Positions 10,131 through 22,121 are shown, counted from the stretch's first letter. The stretch is 64,000 nucleotides of DNA from Octopus sinensis (GCF_006345805.1 NC_042999.1:108934001-108998000); one strand, 5' to 3'. Numbers and translations: made by a program. Notes: a model not told the origin generated them from the letters alone.

Positions 10131-11074
10131 CGCTCACACACGTATGTATGTATGTATACACTTATCTATCCATCTATTTATCTAGCTAATTGAAAAGTAA
10201 CACAAATACATACGTAAGTACGTATGCAGGCATGGATGTATATGCGTGCACGCGTATGTATGCGTATGAGTCTGTGTATTCTTGTGTTCCTTTTCAGTAA
10301 AATGATGTGTGCCATCATTAAAGAAATCTAAATAAATTGGATTTTCTTCGACTTTGATATTTATTTATATATTTATGCCTTTTCTCTTACTCACCCCAGT
10401 TTATTATTTATTTTTTTTAAATTTCATGTCTTGTAACTCAGTTACACAAAAAAGGACATATTTAGACATCTCTGTCAATTTTTAGAATTGTATCTGTTTT
10501 GCAAATTTTTCTTTTCACTCAATATATATTTTTCCCCCTTTTTTTACTGTTTAAGTTTTTAATATATTTCAAGTCTGAAAGTATTTTAATGAGATTTCCT
10601 TAAACTTCAAGAATTCAATAAATTTTTAGTTTGTGTATATTCTTTTTCTGTATTTTTTTTTCCTTTCTTGATTTCTTCATCTTTCTGTCCGTTCTTTCAA
10701 TAAGAATTGTGACATCTCTTCAACATTTTTCTCAATCGAAGAAATATTACTGGTTTATTACTCCTGTTGTCCTGGAGCAAATAAGGTTTAAAGCATACAA
10801 CACAAATGAATACTGGTTCTGTGTCTAGTTATACATTGGAATTTATCATGTAGCTGTCTTCATGTCAAAATCCTCAGGGACTTCTTTCTAAATAAAGGTT
10901 TGCAAACATACAGAGGAGTTGGTTACACACAAACACATGCACCCCTCCCCCCATTTGTGTATATAATTCAAGCATTATGTTTATCGAAAAAATGAGTACT
11001 AAATGTTATAGACTATAGAGTTTACAGCAACAATACATTTATCTTGCAACTCGAGGTTTCTACTGCTGCAAAAT

Positions 11075-11250
11075 TATACATACATACATGCATGCATGCA
11101 TACATATATGCATACATACATGCATGCATGTAGACATGCATGCATACATACATGCATACATACATACATGCATGCATACAAACATGCATACATACATGCA
11201 TGCATGCATACATACACACATACATATATACACGCACGCACGCACATACA
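11075..11250. repeat. (ACAT/GCAT)n compound microsatellite
   Basis: Directly visible. Confidence 0.95.
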
Positions 11251-11254
11251 TAGG

Positions 11255-11410
11255 GGGAGAATTCACAAAAAAACAAAAGACGACGACAGGTGGTGTCGAC
11301 AACAAACAGATGTATTAGTTTAACACTTAGGAAGTGAAAAAGTCTTTAACGTTTCGAGCCTACGCTCTTTGACAGAAAGGAACACAGACAGAAACAAGGA
11401 GAGAAAATAA
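11255..11410 (-). mobile_element. short hammerhead-bearing element, CUGU-N-GA family copy 3
   Basis: Hammerhead at 11344-11379: CUUU-CUGUCAA-A-GAGC-GUAG-GCUC-GAAA-CG-UU-AAAG. The G8>A change is consistent with CpG decay. Confidence 0.75.
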
Positions 11411-11484
11411 AGAATGTGTAGTGGCTAGCATTCTATCATAGCGAATGCCAGACAGAAGGGTCACACAGGAGAGCTAGGAAGAAG

Positions 11485-11541
<57 letters not shown>

Positions 11542-11859
11542 TACAGTGTGTGCCGCCTGGGGTGACCCTCCCACTTGCTGCCCCTGGACCCCTCAAAAAA
11601 CATTTTGTCTACAGTAAACCCAAAATGTGGTGCCCCTTTAAAAGTGCCGCCCGGGGTGGACCACTCCTACCCACCTAGCTACACTAGTACATATATATAT
11701 ACATATATATACACACAGATATACATATATATATATATATATATATATCCACATATACATACAAAGTATGGGGGTTTAGTTTACAGGTGATCTAAATGAT
11801 TAGGCACACTAGGTAAGTGCTTAAATAGAGGTACTGCTTACTATGGACAAATAATTCCT

Positions 11860-12080
11860 CGACATCTCGCTCAAGGATATACCCATTTCATCTCAGAAAA
11901 CTTTTCTCCGACTATCACAGCAAAACAAATGATTTTATCCGAGGAATGAGATGGAGGGCCTTCTTTTACGATAATGACCACAAATAGGATGAAAGCGATG
12001 TTAATAAATATAACCTTAGGTCATACCAAAACTCTACTCACAACCTCCACTTAGATAAATTCGATACTGATATCCTTTTC
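11860..12080 (+). mobile_element. Penelope-like element ORF N-terminal fragment
   Basis: SLKDIPISSQKTFLRL/HSKTNDFIRGMRWRAFFY resembles the PLE N-terminal motif S.KNIP.P...FI.RMRW.A.F. It is frameshifted. Confidence 0.65.
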
Positions 12081-12372
12081 CCTCTTTGCCTCTGATAACA
12101 GAATATCCCATACACAGAGATATCCTAGAGACAGCTGTAAGACTTTGAATTTTTTCCAATAATAATAATGTATACGACTTGAGATGTTACTCTTGCCTTA
12201 ACGTTTGTTGTCCTATTTAACAATTATATATGCGTGTGTGTGTGTGTATATACACACACACATATACATATACACACATATATATACACACAAACACACA
12301 CACACACACACATATACATATATATACACACACACACACATATATATATATGTATATATATATACATATATA

Positions 12373-12780
12373 TCAGGTCATCCCATGATTTCTGTCCGAT
12401 TTTTACTTTTTTAAAATTGAATCAAATTTAATAGTATTTTAGGATGTTTAATGGAATTAAAAATTGTTTTTATGCATTTGCATACATTTAAACTAATTAA
12501 ATATTATTTTACAGATTAACAGAATTAAAATTTCTTTGATTAAAACCCTTTCTAACATGGAAATATCCAAAGAGCATTTGAGGCACATAATGCTTTTTGA
12601 GTACATAAAAGGAAATTCTGCAACCGAAGCGACTCGAAACATTCACTCAGTTTATGGGAAAGAATGCTTGAATCAAAGAACTTGCAGAAGATGGTTTGTA
12701 AAATTCAGAAGTGGAGATTTCAGCCTTGAAGGTGAAGATTGAACAGGACGTCCAGTTGAGTTTGATGATAAGGTCTTAGC
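12373..12780 (+). mobile_element. mariner transposon 5' fragment
   Basis: TA|TCAGGTCATCCCA terminus, then MEISKEHLRHIMLFEY..GNSATEATRNI..VYG...RTCRRWF.KFRSGDFSLE.ED*TGRP (mariner HTH). Confidence 0.9.
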
Positions 12781-13275
12781 AAAGAAAAGCAAGTTTCAAG
12801 ATGACATGTAATTTGATGCTCATTCAGTTCATGTGGTACCCACTTGTCTAGTTTCTTTACCTTGCGAATTTATTTCAGATGGCCCAATACAGTTGGAATC
12901 GAAAAATCAAACCTTGCTGCTAACTCATGCATAGTTTGAGATGTATCTACTTCCACTAGTTTCCAGCTCATCATTATCCACCTTGGTCTCAGTACTACAG
13001 GATTGATTTTCAAGAGTAAAGTCACCTGACCAGAACTTCTCAAACCATCAACGTACAGTGCATTCATGTACCATATCTTCACCAAATACCTCATTGATGT
13101 TTTGAGCTGGAATGCATTGGTTCCATGACAGAACTTATTCATAAACAACACAAATTTTTTATCTATCCATGGGTTCACAAAAATTCCTCACAATATAATC
13201 AGACACCATGAATTGCATTTTGAAAAGTGATGATGTAACTCTTCAATGTTGTAAAACAAAGAATTGTCAGGAATT
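12781..13275 (-). mobile_element. mariner transposon 5' fragment, second family
   Basis: Decayed NINEVFGEDMVHECTVR*WFEKF.SGDFTLEN... Closely similar to 62590-63190. Confidence 0.85.
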
Positions 13276-13676
13276 AAAAGGTTTTTAAGAAATGTAAAGG
13301 TGGTTTATGAGATAAAATAAGAAAAGCTGGCAACACATGTAACTCAGGAGTTATGCTGGCCGGTAGTAAAACAGGACAAGTATAATAATTGAAATGTGGT
13401 AGTGGAGGCCATGAGTGAATGAAGAGATGGGAGTTATGGCGTGGGGAAGATGTAAGAATCTGTTTCAACACATTTTTGCATCAAGAATCTTACAAAGTAA
13501 ACACAAAAAGCAAAATTATGAACATATAAACTTTGTTTTTTAGAGACAAATATAAAAATATGTTTTACACTTTGAACTGTTTAAATACTTTTGAAGTTGA
13601 TGATTTTCATCGTTGTTGCCTTATTTTCATTGTTTTTCAAATATACCTTAATTTATTTTCCTTAATACATTTATAT

Positions 13677-14144
13677 CCCTATGTAACGTGATTTTTGTCG
13701 TTGGGTAGCAACAGTTATTTCCTATTTGCTTACCACAAGAAACTATGTAAGATGGCTAATATTTCCTCTAAACTTTGCTTTCGTTACTTTTATTCAGACC
13801 CCAGTGAATCCCTCTCAATATATTGCTATGATACTCCCTCTCTACATCTGCTCATGACCAGAGATGCACATATTGACATGCTCAAGTGGTTAAGATCAAG
13901 CAACTAACAAGCAAATTTGTGGTATTGAACAGAATATTTGCTATAACAATATTACTGCTTCAGTGCTGAATATGTCTGAAATGTAATGGAAAATAAGTCA
14001 GTTTCAAAACATTGATGTTCAGGTCACAAAAGCAAAGTTTGAAGGGAATAGCAGTCATCTCCTTTGATTTCTAGATAGAAGCAAATAGGAAACAACGCTT
14101 ACTGAGCAAAAACAAAATGAAGATAAAAATTTTGTTACACAGTG
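13677..14144. mobile_element. MITE with long TIRs (copy 1)
   Basis: The ends are inverted (tgtaac..gtagcaacagttatttcctatttgc / gcaaataggaaacaac..gttacacagtg). It is the reverse-complement homologue of 28574-29060. Confidence 0.8.
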
Positions 14145-14522
14145 TAATTGACTATCTCTATTTATTTCTCTACCTTGACCTTCTCCCTTAATTCCTCTCT
14201 TTGTCCCCTCTTCCTTTCATTCCTTCTATTTTATTTTATAACTTTTATTTCTACCTTACTTTTTACACTTTATTATACAGTTCTGAACTGTTTTGTTTTC
14301 ATTTTTTTTTGTCTGTCTCTCTCTAACTACTTGTCATTTATTCTTTCTCCTCTTCCTCTTTCTCTTCCTCCATATTCTTCCCTGTCGGTGATTCTTTCTC
14401 TCTCACTGTGTATGTGTGTGTAACATTCGTCACTCATTGTCTGCAACCAAGCCAAGTATGTGCACTCATCCTGCATGTTTTATGTTAACTCTCTATAGCA
14501 TAAGAATTAACTTAAGATGTTT

Positions 14523-14573
<51 letters not shown>

Positions 14574-15209
14574 CCCCTCTTGCACTGTGATGTAAAACAT
14601 GACAGGAGAAGCCAACCAACCAACCAGCATTTATATTTGGCTATCATTTTATATGCTTACACATTTGTTTTTGTATGTATGTATGTATGTATGTATTTGT
14701 ATGCATGCATGCATACATACATACATACATACATGTATGCATGCATGCATACATGTATGTATGCATGCATACATGTATGTATGTATGTATGCATGCATGC
14801 ATGCATACAAATACATACATACAAACATACATGTGTGTGTGCATGGAAACAGATTTATATGGATATAATCTACATGCTTATGAAAGTGTATATCTGTATC
14901 AGAATAATTACATGTATATATGGGCCTACGTATGTTTATGTTTTACATAATGTGTATAAATTTATTCAAATTTACATTTGTCTGTACACACATATATCAG
15001 ATTCTTTTTACTTCATGTTCTCAATTTGTTTTCATATCAATCATTTAATTCTTCTTCATAATTATTATTTTTATCTTGTTTATTTTATAAACAATGCACT
15101 CTTCTCATCCTTTATACTTAAACCTCTATTTTTGCATATTCCTTTATGACATGTGTATATTAAAATCCATCTATATTTGCTATTTCTTAATTTAGAATGT
15201 AAAGGAAAT

Positions 15210-15374
15210 ATGTCTGTTTCAAGAAGAAATGGAAGTGGAAATATATTTGGAAGTTCACCTGATATCTATTTTCAACACAAAATAACTGGTGTTACTAAAG
15301 AAATCTTGCTTGAATGGTTGTCCTCTCTTAATGATGAGAATGAAAAGAATATTTCTGATTGTTACCCATCAATG
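15210..15374 (+). CDS. CNTD1: CNTD1 coding exon 1 (MSVSRR...ILLEWLSSLNDENEKNISDCYPSM)
   Basis: Acceptor tttag at 15195, ATG at 15210, donor GT at 15375 in phase 0 matching the next exon. It resembles the CNTD1 N-terminal helix. Confidence 0.75.
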
Positions 15375-15683
15375 GTATATTTTTTTCCTGTTGTATTATC
15401 TTTGAGTATTTTGTTAATTATTAGTACTAAGTACTAATCTTAATGTAAATAGGGTTCAGGAAAAAATGGTTGTTTTCCCCAAGACATACTACATGGAAAC
15501 TAAGTCTTCAAGTCATATCTCTTGAATCCAATAAGAGCAGTTATGGAACTGAAATAATTAAATGCACATTAATACAGAATAACAATCTTTTGCACATGGT
15601 ACAATTGTTTATCTTATCATCAAGTTCAGCATTACCTAAGCAGGATTACTTGAGTGGTTACTATATCTTCTGTGAGACATAGT

Positions 15684-15736
<53 letters not shown>

Positions 15737-15781
15737 AGTCCCAAAAAGAACAAACACAAAAAAATAAAAAATTACATTGAT

Positions 15782-15812
<31 letters not shown>

Positions 15813-15907
15813 ATTTATGTATGTATGTGTGTATGTATGTATGTATATATATGTATATATATATGTATATGAATGTATGCATGTATATATATGTATGTAT
15901 GTATGTA

Positions 15908-16303
15908 GGCGCAGGAGTGGCTGTGTGGTAAGTAGCTTGCTTACCAACCATATGGTTCCGGGTTCAGTAATACTGCGTGGCACTTTGGGCAAGTGTCTTC
16001 TACTATAGCCTCGAGCCGACCAAAGCCTTGTGAGTGGATTTGGTAGACGGAAACTGAAAGAAGCCCGTCGTATATATGTATATATATATGTGCGTGTATG
16101 TTTGTGTATCTGTGTTTGTCCCCCCAACATCGCTTGACAACCGATGCTGGTATGTTTACGGCCCCGTCACTTAGTGGTTGGGCAAAAGAGACCAATAGAA
16201 TAAGTACTGGGCTTACAAAGAATAAGTCCCGGGGGCCGAGTTGCTCGATTAAAGGCGGTGCTCCAACATGGCCGCAGTGAAATGACTGAAACAAGTAAAA
16301 GAG
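15908..16303 (+). mobile_element. SINE family A, full length
   Basis: tRNA-like head, CORE-like ttgggcaagtgtcttctactatagcctc, internal microsatellite and 3' tail. Confidence 0.9.
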
Positions 16304-16361
16304 TATGTATGTATGTATGTATATATAAAAGTATATATATGTATGTATATATATATGTTTG

Positions 16362-16398
<37 letters not shown>

Positions 16399-16400
<2 letters not shown>

Positions 16401-16563
16401 GACGGGCTTCTTTCAGTTTCTGTCTATCAAATCCACTCATAAGGCTTTGGTCAGCCTGAGGCTATCATAGAAGACATTTGCCCAAGGTGCCACGCAGTGA
16501 GACTGAACCCAGAACCATGCGGCTGGTAAGCAGGCTACTTACCACACAGCCACACCTGCTCCT
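16399..16563 (-). mobile_element. SINE family A, 5' half
   Basis: Reverse complement of the head and core of 15908-16070. Confidence 0.9.
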
Positions 16564-16567
16564 ATTA

Positions 16568-16618
<51 letters not shown>

Positions 16619-16656
16619 GTATATATGTATGTGTATGTATATATGTATGTGTATAT

Positions 16657-17510
16657 GGAAAATAGGGTCGGTGCCAGAACCATAAACAACTGGAACGTTT
16701 CCATCAGATTTGCCTCAGACGGATCTATGGCATTAAGTGGAAGGACCGCATCAGTGATCTTGAAATATTGGAAGGCTCTTGGTGTGAAAGTATAGAAGCT
16801 CTTGTGTTAAAGCAAAGGCTCAGATGGAGTTGTCATCTGGTCAGGATGAAGGATTCAAGGATGCCAAAACAACTCTTTTATGGAGAGTTAGCTAAAGGAG
16901 AACGACCTCCACATAAACCAAAAAAGAGGTATAAGGACTTGCTGAAGGCTTCCTTAGGAGATGCTTGCATCTCTCCTGACACATGGGAAGGCATAGCTAT
17001 TGATCGTAGCAGGTGGAGAAGGATTGTGCATGAGGGGACAGCCACTTTTGAGAAATCTCGAGTTGCACATGAGAAAGTAAGGAGGGATGTCAGGAAGAGC
17101 ATCGCTATTACACTTCCAGAAGGGAAGGGTCTTCCTTTGATGCTGACATGCAATGTCTGTGCAAGACTCTGCCTCAGTAAAGCTGGACTCAAGAGTCATC
17201 TTCGTAGTCATAAATCAAGACAGATGAGTGACAACCTGGCCACTGTTGGTGGTGGAACACACCATACTAATCATATCTGCCGGGCATGTGGAAGAGAGTG
17301 TAATTCGGCAGGAGGACTTAAACAACATGCAAAGGTACATGAAGCCCAGTTACAACTACAGCCGGCTATTACCGGTAAAAGTTTTAGTTGCCAATTTTGT
17401 ACAAGACATTGTAGATCATTAGCTGGGCTAAAAAGTCACATTCGATCACAGCACCAGTAACAGTTAAGCTTCATGCAATGGCCATACTCGATAACGAGGG
17501 GGCAGCCATA
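16657..17510 (+). mobile_element. 5'-truncated RTE-clade LINE with open ORF tail (16666-17460) encoding three C2H2 fingers
   Basis: LERFHQICLRRIYGIKWKDRISD..QRLRW..HLVRM...RMPKQLFYGEL..G.R...K.KKRYKD..K, then three CxxCx12Hx3-4H motifs and a short 3' UTR. Confidence 0.9.
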
Positions 17511-17554
17511 ATGTGTGTGTATAATATGTATGTATGTATTTATATATATGTATA

Positions 17555-18440
17555 TATAAGGTATTTGAGGACATACCTTTTTTGGGTCAATGCTGCATTT
17601 TTTCTAACTCTGTCATACTGTTATTGTGGTTATAAAGGCTGAACATAGTGATCTATAAATATCTTGAATTTTAAAAGTTGCTAGAAGTTTCATCTACAAA
17701 GCTAAAGACTATGGAAAAGTATCACCAGTATCAAAGCATAAAAAGCATTCTAAACACTCTGAAATCATCAGAACACCTGAATTTATCCAGTAAGTTTAAC
17801 AGACATTGATTACAATCCCAGAAAGTCCATGAGGTCAATTGCAAAAGATCACCATGTGTCAGAAGGAACAGTCAGAAATGGTGTCCACGAAGACATCAGA
17901 TGGAAGTCATATATGATGAGGAAAGGTCAATTTGTCAGAAAAGCAAAAGAAAATCACTACATCAGATCTAAAAGGCTCTTAAACAAACTGAAAAATCCAG
18001 CAGATTTGATTTGGTTTTTCTCAAATGAGAAAAGCTATGACCAAGAACAAAAAGTTAACAGAAGAATTGACAGATGGTTATGTGCAGACCCTTTTGAAGT
18101 TCCAAGTGTTATGCATACAAAATTTCCTCCAACTGTCATGATTTTAGGGGTTGTCAACAATGAAGGACATGTGATGCCTCTTTACGTCTTTCCACAAGGC
18201 CTTAATGTTAACTCTGCCAGCTACATTGAGGTCCTGGAAATAATTGTTAAGCTCTGGATAGGCAGTGTATGCAACGGAAGGCCATATGTGTTTCAGTAAG
18301 ACTCTGCACTATCACACATGGCTGAAGTAACACAGGAATGGATGGTTGAAAATTTTCATGATCACATAACACCTAACATTTAGCCTCCTAATTTCCCAGA
18401 TCTCAATCCATTGGACTATTACATGTGGAGCATTGTTGCC
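17555..18440 (+). mobile_element. decayed Tc1/mariner DD37D (maT-type) transposon
   Basis: WFFSNEK (first D decayed), FQ*DSA, then PDLNPLDY with 37 residues between the second and third D. Confidence 0.85.
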
Positions 18441-18609
18441 ATTGAGTAGATTACTAGAACTTTGGCTACTATGACTAAACTTGGGTTGAATACGGGATTG
18501 ATTTCCCACTGCCTTCTCCAAGCTGGTGGGATTTGAACTTAGAATGTAGAGAGCTGGAATATATGTCATGAAGCATTTCTGCTGACATGCCAAATAATTT
18601 TGCCACCCT

Positions 18610-18740
18610 TCCACCCACAGAGCAACATGAAAGGAAGTATTTTGCTCAAGAACACAATGCACCACCCAGTCCAGCAATCAAACCCGCAATTTAGCAGTCA
18701 TAAGTGCAACACCCTAATCACTAGGCCACGCACCTTCACA
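18610..18740 (-). mobile_element. tRNA-derived SINE 5' portion
   Basis: Minus strand gtgcgtggcctagtgattagggtg...gggtttgattgc...gttcttgagcaaaatac. Confidence 0.7.
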
Positions 18741-19689
18741 CACACGTTAATTAGATGGAAATACATTTTTGAGTTATTTTTATGTTTAATTCTATATTTA
18801 CAATTTTATAATACATGCACTGCATATACCTCAAGGTGGAAAAATCCTGGCATCTGTTAGTAGTTAAGGGAGGCTGTGAAGAAAATATAACATCTTTATA
18901 GAGAATAAAGGAGATTGAATTGAAGCAAGATCTTGATTACAGAAAAGTTTCTTAAAATTTCAATGTGGTATCTGATGATATAATCAGTGCCAAATCTTTC
19001 TAAGATAGTTTAATGATTTGTTTAACTTTATGGAAAAGATTTAAAAAAAAAAAAAATAATAAAAAAAATAATTAATAAAGGTACATATTTGTATGTAGTG
19101 ATTCACAGGGACACAAAAGGTATTTCAAGGATTCCCCAAGCGTAAAAAAATGGTTGAGAAATTCTGATCTAGATTAGAATTTATTATTATATCAATATGA
19201 ACTAACATTTTTAGCAGCTCTCTGTTGTTACATGTTTAATGCATTGCTATATCATATATGTGTGTGTCTTAATTTATAAACAAAATATCAACGTTGAAAG
19301 AGGAATTTAAAAAATAACATGGAACACAAAAACGGATAATATTTTTTAATGATTTCAGAAATGTTTTCAGAATAATTTTGAACATTTTCATCTAATAGGT
19401 TTCTTCTACTATATTGATTCTTTAATATTTGTGTAGATAATACACAATCACAGCAATAACAATGAAAATTACTTATATATTTCTTTCATCAGAAACTGTT
19501 TCATAGATATTATTGAAAATGGATTGTATTAAAGCTCCTGCAAAGCTAAGCAGGCTTTATATGTATGTGTGCATGCATGTATATGTGTGTGTATGGGTTT
19601 ATATTCTCATATATGTATGTACATATGTATATATATATATATATGGATGTATACAAATATAAATATATCTGTTTACACCCTCACACACA

Positions 19690-19860
19690 TCATCATCATC
19701 ATCATCAACACTTACTGCCCACTTGGCATGCTAGCACGTGTTGGATGGTTTGATTGGAGCTGGCTAGGTAGAAGATTGCATCATGCTTCACTGTCTGTTT
19801 CGGCATAGTTTTTACAGCTGGATGCCATTTCTAACACCAACCACTCCACAGAGTAAATTG
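19690..19860 (-). mobile_element. RTE 3' UTR-derived repeat (family D)
   Basis: (GAT)n tail and ccaaccatcc/ggcatccagc motifs shared with 60781-61000. Confidence 0.75.
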
Positions 19861-19941
19861 TGTGTGTGTGTGTATAAAACTTACTTGGAAGAGGATGCAT
19901 GGTGTTCAATTATATGATATAAATGATATATATATATATAT

Positions 19942-20424
19942 ATGCATATATACGTACGTATATGTACATACCTACATCTATACATATATATATATAAGCA
20001 TACATGGGCACAGGACGTCATAAAACATGTACAACAAAAATATACGAAGTATGAGTACATGGAACATAAACTATTCTTTCAGACAATGAAAGACACAAAC
20101 AGGTAGGGCTGCTAAGCCTAAACAAGGTTGTGGTGGCCAACGTGTAAATCAAGCGTGGACAGGAGACAAAGAAAAACATGTCTTCCTTGTTCCAGATACA
20201 ACGTGAGACTAGAAAAACAACCAACAACTGATGAAGGGTCGTTCTTTATGTTGTTTGTTTTGTTTTCTATTTGTGTCTTTTGTTGTTTGAAAGAATAGTT
20301 CATGTTCCATGTACTCGTGCTTTGTAATTTTTGTTCTACTTGTTGTATGACGTCCTGTGCCCATGTATGCTTCTATATATATGTATAGATGTAGGTATGT
20401 ACATATAAGTATGTATACATGCAT
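19942..20424. mobile_element. element with ~155-bp imperfect terminal inverted repeats (MITE or inverted pLTR)
   Basis: 19942-20099 is the reverse complement of about 20269-20424 (e.g. gcatacatgggcacaggacgtcata / tatgacgtcctgtgcccatgtatgc). Confidence 0.8.
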
Positions 20425-20519
20425 ATATATATATATACACACACGCAATGTATGTATGTGTGTGTGTGAGTACATATATAAGTGTATACTAGATATTCAA
20501 TGACAATTGTAAGTGATGT

Positions 20520-22081
20520 TGAAGTTTATAAATGCAGTCACTTTACCAGTCTAAAGTCTCTAGTTCGTCAGAATCAGTTACAATGGGGTGGTCTTTGTCA
20601 TGAGGATGGATGATAATTGAATCCCCAAGCAATTCATATATAGTGAGCTAACCCTGGATAAAATTCCCTGAAAGTAGAATAGGCACATGCTAAACACTGA
20701 CAACCCCTCTTGTCCCTCTCTGAGAACCACTTTAATTCCTCATTGTCATTCTCCAGCCATGCTCTCTCTCCTCTGCTAAACTCCATCCTCAGAACAACTC
20801 CCATTCCTCACTATCTTCCTCCAGCCATGCTCTCTCTCCTCTCAGCTATGCTCCATCCATCCATCCACCTCTTTCATCTATCTTAATGCCCTCACATATC
20901 TAACATATACCCTCCCTTTGAGCCCCTCCTTTACCTCTCACCTTCAATTACTACAGCTATTTCTGTCTCATCAAACCATCTCCCCTCACATTCTTATGAA
21001 AATTTCCCCTCTATCACTTCACCTGTACCCACCACTCCCCATGCTCTGAGGTTGTATCCTGACCTATCTACCTATATCTCTCTTACTCTTCCTATTTCTA
21101 TCTATCTCTCTAAGTTTTCTTCTTCCTTCTGCAACTGGGATATCCTTGTATCTCTTCTACAGCAAGACTCCTATCTGTATCCCTCTATTATTCTTTAAAC
21201 TTCTCATCAACTGGTATAAAGCCACCTCCCTCAATACTAATACCTCCAGTTAAGAGGACTTTGTCTTGCCTTGCATGGTACTTGGTGACCCTGCCAGTGC
21301 TAGTGCCAGGAAAAATAAATCACTCAGCATTCTCTGTAAAGTGGTTGACATTAGGAACAGCATCCAGCCATAGAAGCTATGCCACAACAGACAACAGAAC
21401 TTGGCATAGCCCTCTGGCTTGCCAACTCTTGTCAAACCATCCAACCTACGCCTGCATGGAAAATGGATGTTAAGTGATGATGATGATGAGTTAGCCCTGG
21501 GTAAAAGACCAGCACACAAACTGGAACTAAGGTAGAAGGACAGCAAGAAGAATGTATTGGAGAAGGTGAAGATCTTTGAAAATGGATGGGGAGTTGGGAA
21601 ACCTTGCTCTAGATCATTCACCATGGAGGATAACACTGTATAATGTGAGGAGAAAATTCAAACAAAATTGTATTGAGCATGGACATCTCAAGAGAGATGT
21701 TTGCAAGGATCTTGATGTGAGTTTGCTTGAGAATGTTGGCACACAGCTCAATTCAACAAGTGTCAGCATGTCTGTTTAAGTGAGACTGGCTTTAGAAGTC
21801 ATCATTGGAGTTACACATACAGAGAAGTTGTTAACTAGGCATTATACAGCATTTCTACTTGAAGGAGTATGGAAAAGAATGTGTGTCAAGAGATGATCTG
21901 AAACATCATATGAAAGTTCATGAAAATGATACTAGAACATCTACTACAAGAGGTGTCCATCATTGCTATATCTATACAAAAGAGTGTAAATCCCTTGCAA
22001 GTCCGAAAAGCCACATCTGTGCTGCACATTTTTTTAAAGAGAATAATTAAGTGATGATAGTACTCAAAATTGAATTGCAGT

Positions 22082-22085
<4 letters not shown>
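20520..22085 (+). mobile_element. decayed RTE LINE fragment with zinc-finger remnants, split by a nested insertion
   Basis: QW..HVMRMDDN*IPKQFIYSEL resumes after 21488 as LGKRPAHK...LALDHSPWR... followed by degenerate C2H2 motifs. It is related to 16657-17510. Confidence 0.75.
20664..21488 (+). mobile_element. nested non-autonomous element (pyrimidine-rich body plus family D RTE tail)
   Basis: Ends in (GAT)n and is flanked by a 19-bp duplication at 20645-20663 and 21488-21506. Confidence 0.7.

Positions 22086-22121
<36 letters not shown>

Noticed and set aside
9545-16795. Numerous 60-210-aa ORFs rich in Y/I/C/V/M/H
   Set aside because: They are translations of AT, AC and GCAT microsatellites or SINE bodies, not genes.
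20228-20260. CTGATGA followed by AGGG as a possible hammerhead
   Set aside because: No stem II partner or GAAA follows.
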